From contig JAUCBJ010008238.1 of assembly GCA_032718475.1 (NCBI GenBank), positions 1 through 64,000 on the forward strand: DNA of 64,000 nucleotides, written 5' to 3'. Made by a program: the position numbers and the translations under genes. How positions within the stretch are numbered: the first letter of the stretch is position 1; every line of letters starts with the position of its first letter. This stretch comes from Nemertoderma westbladi (taxonomy: Eukaryota; Animalia; Xenacoelomorpha). Below, piece after piece: positions 50,930-61,602 of the stretch. The notes beneath the pieces are model-generated. The model was not told where the DNA came from. It saw nothing but the letters and a program-made list of their open reading frames with translations, and ran no database searches.

Positions 50930-51080
50930 CAATCCAATGACAATGAATGCCAAGCTCCTGGAATGCTCTCAGGACAATTATTTATTTCAGCACACAGACC
51001 AACCAAAAGATTTTGCATTAACCAGACTTCTAATATATTGGACCTACTACTTATTACTAATGAAGAACAAATGTATGATT
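50930..51080 (+). mobile_element. Small degenerate CR1-like endonuclease remnant
   Basis: LLECSQDNYLFQHTDQP / SNILDLLLITNEE in adjacent frames. Confidence 0.5.
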
Positions 51081-51530
51081 TCATGGGTGAGTACAAAACG
51101 GAGACCGGAGATGGGAGACCCCCCAAGCAGGGACAGAATACGATACAATACGAAAACGGATTTTCATATTTCGTATCGCAGTATTTTATTCGTATCGAAT
51201 TTCGTATCATATCATAAAAATTGATTTCGTATCGTATAATACGAATAAATATTTCCATATTTAAAAAGTTCCAGGGATTTATCCCACTTAGTGTTTGGTT
51301 TTCCGACTGACATACAATATTTCCCACTAGAACACGTTCCTTCAATGACTTGTTATTTACGGAGATCCACAACCTTTTAGTATAGTGCAAAAACACCGTG
51401 ATTTTCTGTTCTTCCCAAAACGTATATTGTTTCCTTCTGACACATAAAAATAGTGTACTGTAACACCATAGAAAATCCTCTGAGGTGAGGAAAAAGGAGA
51501 AACCGGGTGAACGGGTGCTTTGGGACCATT

Positions 51531-54500
51531 AGGTAGATAGATAGATAGATTTATTTATACATTATGTAAAAACAATAACAAATACACCAAACAATGTACC
51601 GGTATAAAGGTATTGTCCAACATAACATATAGGATTACCCCTAAAGCTTTGCAGCTTATTTCCAAGGGGGTCCTTTATGTTACTTGGTTACAAATACAAT
51701 ATTACACTATGCTAACCTAAAACCAATATAAAACGCAATTACACTATGTACATGTACAACTTTACCGAGAGCGTGACAATGCCCGACTCAACGATAAAGA
51801 TGTAATGTACAGAACAATTTATTATAAAACGTAATTACAGTATAAATAGTAAATAATTAATAAACTAATAACTTACTGTAGGACTATTGTACCTATTTTT
51901 ACATTGCACACGGAGATGAGATTTAACTGCAGATTTAAAAGAATGTTGATTATTTAGGTTTTTAATTTCATTAGGCAGAGCGTTCCAATTTTTTATGCCG
52001 TTAAAAAAGAAAGTATCAGATTCAAAGGATTTACAATTCGGGAGGTAGAAGTTTGAAGCACTAGCTCTGGTACTGTAAGAGTGTGTATCGCGTACTCTGT
52101 TGAATTTTTGTTTTAGGTAATTGGGACATTTACCATTATACACTTTATGCACATGGTTAAGGCGTAGCTGCTTAACTCTACTATCTAAGTTAAGTAGTCC
52201 AGATTCAGAAAAGTCATCTGGAGTTAGGTGGTGCCTAGGTTTGTAGTCTTTAATAAATCGTACTACTTTATTCTGAGCTACTTGTAATTTACATTTAAGC
52301 TGTTTGGTTAAGCCTTCATACCAAGAAGAGCACGCATAGTCCATGTGACACTGTATTAAAGAAGAGCAAAGTAACTTGCGGGAGTCGGTGTTCAAACTAT
52401 TTTTATTTCTGTATAGAAACCTAAGCCTACTGTTAACTTTCGAGAAAATATTTTTCACTGTACTTTCTCCTGATAAGCAGTTATCCAATGTGGCGCCTAA
52501 ATATTTAACTTCCTTTTTATTTTCAATCTTATGTCCATTACTAGTGACTTCAAACTTAGTTACCTTCTTTAACTTTCTTTTGGAACCAAACAAAATACTT
52601 TCAGTTTTACCGTAGTGAATGGATAGCTTATTATCAACCAACCACTCATTACAGGATTCTAGAACTGCACTTAACTTTTGGGAAATATGGATAGGATCTT
52701 TATGAGAGAAAATAAGAGCACTGTCGTCGGCATATAAAATGAGTTTAAAATCGGGATCTATACTACTTATCATATCATTTACATAGCATACAAAAAGCAG
52801 AGGACCTAATATACTACCTTGCGGTACACCACAGGTAATCTCTTGTACAGTAGACAGCGATTTGCTAATGACTACAGTTTGACCTCTGTCTGACAGGTAG
52901 GACTTGAACCAGTCTATAGAACCTATACCCATCAGGCCTAACTTACCAAGCAGAATTTCGTGATCTACAGTATCGAAAGCCTTTTGTAGGTCCAACATTA
53001 CCATACCACTATATAAACCCTTTGCGTTATTACATCTAATTGTATCAGTTAAGTTAATAAGGCAGGTGTCTGTAGAATATGATTTACGAAAACCGGACTG
53101 AAGTTCATAGATCAGATTTAGCCTACTAAGATGTGCCTCCAGCTGTAGAAAAACAGAACGTTCTAGAATTTTAGATACAATACTTAAGATACTAACAGGT
53201 CTGTAATTACAGGGTTCTACTTTACTATTCTTTTTATACAGAGGAACAACCTTAGCTAATTTCAGTTCGTCTGGTACTACATTATCTACGATAGAGTAAT
53301 TAATAATAAAAGTAATAGGCACTTTAAGTACTTCAGCACCATCCTTAAGAAAACGGGCAGGTATTAGATCTAGACCGGTACTTTTTGAGGCTGATAGGCT
53401 AAGTAGATTTTTAAAAACGAAATCCTCAGAAACGGGTTTTAAAAATAACTTTTCTGAATTTTGTAACTTTTCTAAATAAAAATTATTTAGAGTTTCGGAC
53501 CCTATACTATATTTATTACTTGGTAACGGTAACTTCTTAACTAAATTAGAGGCAACATTAGTAAAATAATTATTAAATAAATTACTAACTAGAGTATGAT
53601 CATGAGTCAGCTCACCGTTATCTTGCAGAACAATATTCGATTTAGATTTAAGGTTTTTATAACCTAAAGATTTTAGGGTAGACCATAGACTTTTTGGATT
53701 ATCTTTATTCTCACTTATTTTGTTGTACAAATATTCAGATTTAGCTTTTTTTATTTCCCGTTGGACAAGGTTTCTATATTTGCAGTAATTATTATAATCA
53801 GCTAAAACACGGTATTTCCTAAATTTATACAAATAGTTATCTCTTTCTCTGATATTACTAAGAATACCCGAGGTCATCCAGGGCTCAGTGCGTTGTTTAA
53901 GACTAATTTCTTTAATTGGTGCTACAGTATTAAGTGCCTTTAAAAATATATCTTTAAAAACAGTGTACGCAAGGTTAATGTCAGCGGCCTTAAAACAGGG
54001 TTCCCAGTCAGAATTAACTAACAAACTTAAAAAGCGTTCCTTGCTGTAATTTTTCATAGACCTAACTGTTACTGTTTTATGATCCCCGAAAAAAGATTTT
54101 TGTGTCTTTCTTGTGCAAAAAACTATAAAATGATCGCTTAGACCTATAGGTAAAACCCCAGATTGAGAAATAATATCGGTATTATTACAAAGGATGTGAT
54201 CTAGTAAAGTAGAAGTTATACTGGTAATTCTGGTAGAATCTCGAATAATTTGTTTTAAACCAAACAAATTTAAAATACTTTGGTACTGTTTACAGATGGG
54301 GGATGCGTTGTGATGGTAACAGATATTAAAATCACCTAAGAAATATATTTCACAGTCTGACCTAAGATTACATAAAATTGTATTTTCAAAATTTTGCAAA
54401 AAATCTGATTGTTTAGGGGGCCGATATAAAGTACCGATTAAAATAGGTTTAGTTTTAGGAAGTAAAAGTTCCACCAGTAAAACTTCGTCACAAGTCTCTA

Positions 54501-55700
54501 AATCTTCCCTACGATTAAAAGCTAAATCACATCGAATGTAAGTACAGACACCACCACCGTGTCTGTCCCTATCCTTACGTAAAACTACGTAATTATCAAT
54601 ATAAATTTCTCCATCAGAAACACTATCATCGAGCCAAGTTTCAGAGATTGTTAAAACTGCTGGGTTGGATTTATTGATTAAAATACGAATTTCGGAAAGT
54701 TTTGGAAGCAGAGATCGTGCGTTTAAGTGCAAAAAATGCAGACCTTTTTTCTTAAAAAAATTAAAAGTTTCATTCTCAGCATCACTTGGAGTTTGCAGAG
54801 GCGATGTGAGAAATGAATCGTCGGTTTCTGATTCTAAAATTGTATCATGAAAGGGAAGTTCGGTAAAAATACAGCTATTGCAGAGAAAACTTGGTTCAAG
54901 ATTGTTTCTGGTGGAGAATAAATTACTGCGTTTCCTACGGTAACATTTTAAATGTACAAATGTGTCACAACTCTCGCATTGGACGATCTTACTCCGAGAG
55001 TTTGTTCCTCGTTGACAGACGGGACAGCTGATCTTCGAAAATTAGGATCCAAAGTATAGCCGCAAAAATAATCCAAAATACACAGAAAAATACAGTTTTT
55101 TTAGCTGTTTTGGTGTGCTAAAAATACACCGGAAAAATATACAAATAAAATCGTAAAAAATAGTAGAACGTCGTGAAAAGGTCTTGAAAAGTTGTAGAAA
55201 AGTCTTAAATTGTGAAAAACGTCGTAATAAACTTGGTGCAGCTTCACGCTATTGGAACTTGGCGATAGTGCAGAACACCAGGTTACCGTCTGAGTCCAAA
55301 CAGGGGTGGGACCGATTGGACGCAAAGGGTTAGCTGCAACTTTGCTCTCAAACTATACAGTCGATCCTGGCGAGCCTGGGATAAACCATATAGCCTACGG
55401 ACAGTGCACCAGCACTACCGTGACTGACAGAGCCGGGGCCTATGGAGACGCTGCTACTTTGCCCCCAAGAACTAAATAGTTGGTCCTAGGACGAACTAAG
55501 TAGCCAGTGGGCAAAGTGGGCACACAAGCGCTCCGGGCTAATTTAGCCAGTGAAACTCAAACCAAGGCGGAATCGTCTTACCTTCCTGGCGACGACCGCA
55601 AAGCCTTATCAGGGCCCGGCCCAGCAACAAAGACGCCCAACTTTGGAGCAGAGCTAACTTCTAGGTTAAACTTTTACTGACTTTAGGAGCAGAGCTCACT
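51531..55700 (-). mobile_element. Young L2/CR1-group LINE; 5' boundary approximate
   Basis: Uninterrupted PHD-EN-RT frame, about 310-bp 3' UTR, AATAAA followed by an (ATCT)n tail at about 51531-51556; no TSD found. Confidence 0.85.
51865..55041 (-). CDS. LINE ORF2: PHD finger, AP endonuclease, reverse transcriptase
   Basis: 955-aa ORF (HLNARSL, ISETWL, GDFN, SDH, NYRPVS, LDLQKAFD, GVPQGS, LYADD); manual translation stays open upstream through CPVC...CESC...HLKC...CNSC to a TAA near 55042. Confidence 0.9.
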   Translation of the reverse strand, partial: FSKISCPVCQRGTNSRSKIVQCESCDTFVHLKCYRRKRSNLFSTRNNLEPSFLCNSCIFTELPFHDTILESETDDSFLTSPLQTPSDAENETFNFFKKKGLHFLHLNARSLLPKLSEIRILINKSNPAVLTISETWLDDSVSDGEIYIDNYVVLRKDRDRHGGGVCTYIRCDLAFNRREDLETCDEVLLVELLLPKTKPILIGTLYRPPKQSDFLQNFENTILCNLRSDCEIYFLGDFNICYHHNASPICKQYQSILNLFGLKQIIRDSTRITSITSTLLDHILCNNTDIISQSGVLPIGLSDHFIVFCTRKTQKSFFGDHKTVTVRSMKNYSKERFLSLLVNSDWEPCFKAADINLAYTVFKDIFLKALNTVAPIKEISLKQRTEPWMTSGILSNIRERDNYLYKFRKYRVLADYNNYCKYRNLVQREIKKAKSEYLYNKISENKDNPKSLWSTLKSLGYKNLKSKSNIVLQDNGELTHDHTLVSNLFNNYFTNVASNLVKKLPLPSNKYSIGSETLNNFYLEKLQNSEKLFLKPVSEDFVFKNLLSLSASKSTGLDLIPARFLKDGAEVLKVPITFIINYSIVDNVVPDELKLAKVVPLYKKNSKVEPCNYRPVSILSIVSKILERSVFLQLEAHLSRLNLIYELQSGFRKSYSTDTCLINLTDTIRCNNAKGLYSGMVMLDLQKAFDTVDHEILLGKLGLMGIGSIDWFKSYLSDRGQTVVISKSLSTVQEITCGVPQGSILGPLLFVCYVNDMISSIDPDFKLILYADDSALIFSHKDPIHISQKLSAVLESCNEWLVDNKLSIHYGKTESILFGSKRKLKKVTKFEVTSNGHKIENKKEVKYLGATLDNCLSGESTVKNIFSKVNSRLRFLYRNKNSLNTDSRKLLCSSLIQCHMDYACSSWYEGLTKQLKCKLQVAQNKVVRFIKDYKPRHHLTPDDFSESGLLNLDSRVKQLRLNHVHKVYNGKCPNYLKQKFNRVRDTHSYSTRASASNFYLPNCKSFESDTFFFNGIKNWNALPNEIKNLNNQHSFKSAVKSHLRVQCKNRYNSPTVSY

Positions 55701-56382
55701 TAAGGCAGATGGGGTGGAAGACTCTCATTCTCTATCCAAATGTGGCCCTTTTTAAACCCGGTGGGGGATCAATATGGAGTTGACCCCTAATTATCACCTA
55801 TGCACAGTTTGTCTTTCTTGTGCAGAGATTTTACGTTCAACCCATGTCAAAATATGATTAACACATTACACCATGTCGCAGAATATAGTATTGTAATTCA
55901 GTGACACGCCCCACCCCCTAATTTTTCTACAAATCTTAATGAGATTGCATGAAATTTGAAACAGAGCATAGTTTCACATCCCGACCACTGACTGGGTGAG
56001 CCAGAATTTTTATTTTTGCTTTCAATCTTTAGCTACAAGCGTTTAAAAAAAGTGTCTCCAGCGATATTACACCAGTTACACCGCAGTTACTGTATTCTTC
56101 TACCTTATAGCTGTTTGTTGGTACCAATGGAAAGCTGGCCATGCAAAGATTCAAAATATGTAACACAATTTGAATTTCGTTGAAAAATAGCTGAGATATG
56201 GGCATCTTATCCCGTAGGATCATCAGGTTTGCCAGTCTATTCATATTGATGTTGAAGGAGCCATTTCCAGCCAGGATTTTATCTATGGGATGTTCGTCAT
56301 CTGTTGCAGTTGTCGCATATGCCACCGTGACTTCCTTCTCTTTGTCGGGTTTATAGTCGTCCACCTCTCTTCCCTCTAGTCA

Positions 56383-57992
56383 TCTCCCTCTAAAAACACC
56401 TGTTTGCTAGGACGCACTGTCAGTCCCTTTAAAGCATTCCTGCTTACATCCTGGTTTTTCTTACATTCTGTAATATTGATTGATCCCTCCCTCTAAAAAC
56501 ACCTCTTTGCTAGAACGCACTGCCAGACCCTTTAAAGCATTCCTGCTTACATCCTGGTTTTTCTTATATTCTGTAATATTGATTGATCCCTCCCTCTAAA
56601 ACACCTCTTTGCTCTAAAACACATCCAACACATGACTACAGATCGCAGATCACAATTTGAATCGGAATTATTAACTCAAGTGTCCAAAGTTATTGGATTT
56701 CACCATCTACGCACTACAGCATACCACCCCCAGGCAAACGGAAAGATAAAACGCTTTCATAGAGTACTTAAGAATGCTCTAAAAGCCCGAGGTGAAGATT
56801 GGATACAAGCCCTTCCTGTCGTTTTATTCAGTATTTTGTCGTTGTCGTTTTACCCCCTCACACGTAACAGGAATATCCCCATTCGAACTAGTAACAGGAT
56901 GAAAACCGATCTTACCAGCTATCATGATCAACCCCACTGATAGCACTTTCAACCTCGAGTTTGTAGATAAGTTACATCAACATATCACACAACTCGGTTT
57001 TATAGCACAAACTACAGCCATCGATCAAGACGAGACAAGGCGATATTACAAACAAATTCATATTCCAAAAGACCTGGATACATGCGACAAAGTCTTCGTT
57101 CGAATCGATCGCATCCGAAAGCCGCTAGAGGCGCCATACAATGGCCCATTTAAAGTGGGTAGTAGATCAGACAAATACTTTACACTAATAACACCAAAAG
57201 GAGAACAAACTGTTTCTATTGACAGGTTAAAGCCCTGTTACAGAACTCAGACTAAAGTAAAACAACAACCCGCAAAGGAATGAGAACAACAACTACACAC
57301 CGAACCCTCCTATAACACCATCAAAACTCGTAGTGGTTCAAAAATTGTACATTTTAATCTTCCTAAAAATAACTCGTGATTCCATTTCAAAATTGGGGGA
57401 GATCTGTAATGCCATGTTACTATGTAAAGTTGTGCATGCCTGAATATTTAGTAGGAATGGAACTAGAATAACCAGAACTGACATTTAATATATAGTCAGT
57501 AGTCACATAAATCACTAATAATATAGACACTAAGTTAAAAGCATGAAGACCACATATGTAGTGTAGTAAACATTAATTCCTATTTTATTATCTTTCTTAT
57601 TCCGTTCTAAATAATATTTGTATGTCTACCATTAGTTACATTATAGAATAGATAAAGTAGTTAGTTATGCATGGGAGAGATTATGTAGGATAACATTATT
57701 TCATTATTATCTCAGTTATGCAAAGGTCATAATAAATATAGAAAACAAAATAAACTTTATTTTATTGAAATATAACATCCACAAATAACTTTTACACATC
57801 CTTGTTTTTCTTACATTCTGTACTATTGATCCCTTCCTCTAAAAACACCTCTTTGCTAGGACGCACTGCCAGTCCCTTTAAAGCATTCCTGCTCCCTCTA
57901 AAAACACATATTTGCTAGGATGCACTGCCAGTCCCTTTAAAGAATTCCTTCTTGCATCCTGGTTTTTCTTACATTCTGTAATATTGATCCCT
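56383..57992. repeat. About 100-bp tandem repeat split by the Gypsy fragment
   Basis: CCCTCTAAAAACACCTCTTTGCTAGGACGCACTGCCAGTCCCTTTAAAGCATTCC... at 56383-56622 and 57795-57992. Confidence 0.8.
56622..57640 (+). mobile_element. Ty3/Gypsy integrase 3' fragment with PPT and probable 3' LTR
   Basis: TDRRSQFES...RTTAYHPQANG..RFHRVLK; PYNGPF...VSIDRLKP; GGGGGAGA PPT then TGTAA (57405)...TTACA (57640). Confidence 0.8.
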
Positions 57993-57994
57993 GC

Positions 57995-58130
57995 CACGCC
58001 CCCCTCCTCCCGAGGGGATGTCGTCAACTCGCTGCCCCCTCCTCCTGAGAGTAAACCGTCAACTCGCTGCCCCCCTCCTCCTTAGGGGACGCCGTCAAGT
58101 TGCTGCCCCCCCGCCCCCCTCAAGGGCGCG
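57995..58130. repeat. GC-rich about 38-bp tandem repeat x3-4
   Basis: CGTCAACTCGCTGCCCCC(T)CCTCC motif repeated. Confidence 0.65.
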
Positions 58131-58149
58131 CCACCAAATATCTACAACG

Positions 58150-59030
58150 ATAAACTGAAGTTCACTATTGTTAATGCAAGGTCAATATGCAACAAAATCC
58201 CAGACATTACAGAACATTTAGTCAACGAAAATATCGATATTTGTGCTATCACTGAGACTTGGCTGCACCAGGAAGACGATACGGTACGGAAGACGATACG
58301 GTACGTGCATTATTCCAGAATAACGGATACAATATTTATGATGTACCAAGGTTGAAGGGTAGAGGAGAGGTGGAGGAACTGCTTTACTGACCGTACCTTC
58401 TTTAACAGCAACAAAAGTAATCAAAAATGTCGATCATACATCCTTCAAATATTCAGTTTGGCGAGTAAACAATAACAAATCGAAAATAATAACTGTCGTA
58501 GTCGTTTACCGTCGACCATACCTCCACGGCTCACCCTATACCTCCCAGTATATTTATTAGCGAATTTACCGATTTCATTGAAAAATTCGCATTTACTGGT
58601 GTACAACTGTTAATAACGGGTGATTTTAATAACCATGGTAATAACGTAAACGATCAAATTGCGACATCATTTTTAGACACTCTCCATGGATTTAATTTTA
58701 CACAACATGTGACAGTGCTGACCCACATATCCTGTAATATTTTAGATTTGATAATTACACGCAATAATGGTGAATTTACATTATCGCTGCCATTCGCTAC
58801 AGATTTACTAGCTGATCATTTCTTCATTAACACTTTTATATGTATCCCCTACGACCAGCGATGTCACAGAAAAGTTAAATACCGCGAATATAAGAAAATC
58901 AATCGTTCTGAATTATTGCAGGATATCCAGAACTCGGGTTTATGTGATACCGAACTGTTTAAAAATATGAGCGCTCCTGAACTAGTTGTATTTTACAATT
59001 CAAAACTATCAGAGATAATGGTATTTGAAG
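58150..59030 (+). mobile_element. Degenerate LINE endonuclease fragment
   Basis: VNARSICNK...ICAITETWL, RRGGG, VVYRRP, TGDFN, NILDLII, ADHF; frameshifted. Confidence 0.75.
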
Positions 59031-60380
59031 AGACAGTAACAAAATACCCTGCAATATCTTACTGTAAAGTTTGTGAATCAAAACATAATCCGACCTTCTC
59101 ACCAAAACAGTAAACTCTAAGTAAGCGAATATATATTGCAGTATCGGTCTCTTATAACCGGTGAGGCAGAAAACAGTCTATGAACGGACAAACTTCGATA
59201 AAACAAAATCCCGCGCAGCGAGTCCTAAAATCAGGCTGACTCACTGACGGACTAAGGGCGCTTGTATACTTTGCCGCGGTGTGATTTATATGGTTGGGAT
59301 AAAGAGAGACGCTAGCTAGGTGCAGAAAAGTCTAACTAGCGGGCAAAGTGCAGTACGGACAAAAATTATTTTATATATTTTGAGGTGTAAATAATTTCTA
59401 ACGCGCGTGTGTCTTTATTACAACAGTCAAAATCAGTTTTGATCCTTCACATATATAATTACTGGGTCCGGTGTACATTTTACAAATATTCTAATTTTGT
59501 AGCTTGTAGGTCCAATACTCACGAATGATAAGGCTCCTTCCCCTTTTGCGTATTTCCAGGACTCAAATTCAGGCATAAGGTTAATACTACGCCCAGAATT
59601 CGGCAATTTAATTTACCAGGTCCCTAATACTAAGAAGAAATGTGTTAGTTTATTACAGTAGGCGTACAGTTACAAATAGCTAGCCTGGCGTTCTTATCTA
59701 GAATTTTGGTTGCCTAGATGGGCATGGCAACTTCCTAACAGAATGTCGGCGGGGACACGGTAGATGTTAGTATCCCTAATAGCCTCAATTTATTTTGCGC
59801 CTAGTAATAAACTGCCCTACCGCCTGAACGGTACAATCCTAATTCAGGTAAAACACAGTAACCCTCCTGGCCTACAAGTTTTAACGCAAATGGACACCGT
59901 TATACTACAAACAGTCACCGACGCACCTATACCTAGCAAGAGTTAGGCGTACAGCTTGCTGCACCCTACCAATGTGTATGCTTTGTACTGGTGTGCCTGC
60001 GTCCTATCTGTGTACTAGTATCTTTCTGCCTGATCTCCTCCTCCCCCCGTAGGAATGTGAAGGTCTACTGCGGGTTTTCTCTGAATTAAGACAGTACAGT
60101 CCCTAGATCTAATTTTTAGCGCACAGAGTGTCACTACCTCTACCTTCGATCTTAGGTCTTACACTTAGGTAGCAAGGCATCGAACGCTGTCTAACCTTTC
60201 AGGCGATGGGCGAATAACTAAGAATGAGTATTGCGGGTTGTCTCCTTCCTACATTCCTCCGATGTTCCCGTCTATTGCCGCGGTCCGCTGTCTAGCCAGC
60301 CATCTGTCCCTCAGTTGGGTTCACCGTGGTGAAGCATAGAAAGGGGAAAAGAGGGAAAAGGGAAGAAAAAAAGAAAAAAA

Positions 60381-61602
60381 TGTGAAAACATTAGACATAT
60401 TGCTGAAATGATTTATTTTATAAGTAGATAAAAAATTATGGTTTTCATTTTTAAATAGGACATTATTTTAACTACTTCCATTGAAACCCCAGTCAAAAAT
60501 GTTCATGCGTATCGCATGTGGGTCACGCATCTAATGTAGTGAATAATTATTGTATCTTAAGAATTTGTAAATAAGAATAATTTAAAATACGTTTTCTTGC
60601 AATTAAATCTCTGACATTTAATATTACTTACGAATCAACATTAAAATTATTTAATAAAGCATTTAAACACAGAAACTGAATAGAAAATTGAAATGAATTG
60701 CACACACCGTAAACACTGAGTTCTCTTGAATATATTGGAAGGGTCTTAAAAATGATTTCACCTAATTGAACTATGTATCAATTAAATCAAATTACCCAAC
60801 ACAAATAAATTAGCTTGCATTAGTTACAGCTTAATAGTTATTCGACATACTGTACTAATAATGTAAACTAAGTGCTATTGGATACACCTTCACCAGTACA
60901 ATATTAACAGTAACTAATTAAGCACTAAGGATTGATAACAGATGTCTCATCATATAATTTAATTGATTCCATTAAAATAAAGACCGTTATCATATTATAG
61001 ATATTGAGAGTAATTTAATGAATGTTTAAGAAATCTCAACCTAATTTGTCACATAATTCCCGGCAAAAATTTTATATCATTAAATTTTTTACTAAGAATA
61101 TTAACATATCAAAATCCGTATTAAATAAACCTTTCACCATAATAAACAGTAGAAGTTTAAATTATAATCGAATCCATGACCTAATAGCAGGTCATGTCGA
61201 GTCAAAAATGATTATCAAATCGCTTTCATATTTATCATATATTCAGTTCACATTTGTCGTTTTTTTATAATTCTTCCATATCTTGTCATGTAAGGGCGAT
61301 TGGGAGTAGGATAAACGTGATCTTCATCCTCACTACTACTAATGTTGTCATTAGCTTCATCCATCGCTGTTTTTTTTATCACAGAATTAAACTCAGTTTC
61401 TGTTGAAGTTTCTAGTGGGTATAGTTTTTTGGTAGGACGACGAAGGATTGCGACTTTGATATCTGGTTTAAGTTTATTCTTTGATGGTTTGGCAGATACC
61501 AACTTTATTGTAGCAGCTCGTGGAATTCCATCAACACCATTGATTATTGATTGAATTTGACCAAGTGGCCAATGAACTCTGTCGATTTTAAATTTCGACC
61601 AA
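60381..61602 (-). mobile_element. 3' end of a second Bel/Pao family: integrase C-terminus plus probable LTR (60381-61053)
   Basis: RVHWPLGQIQSIINGVDGIPRAA...LRRPTKKLYPLE (DUF5641-like); GCCGGGAA then TGTGA (61053)...TCACA (60381); AATAAA near the LTR end. Confidence 0.75.

Noticed and set aside
55453-55520. Second TIR of the pogo element (GCTACTTTGCCC / GGGCAAAGT)
   Set aside because: Only a short core match without the terminal ...ATTTTACGG|TA; lies in the LINE 5' region
56029-56364. 111-aa minus-strand ORF
   Set aside because: No recognisable domain or splice context; non-ATG start
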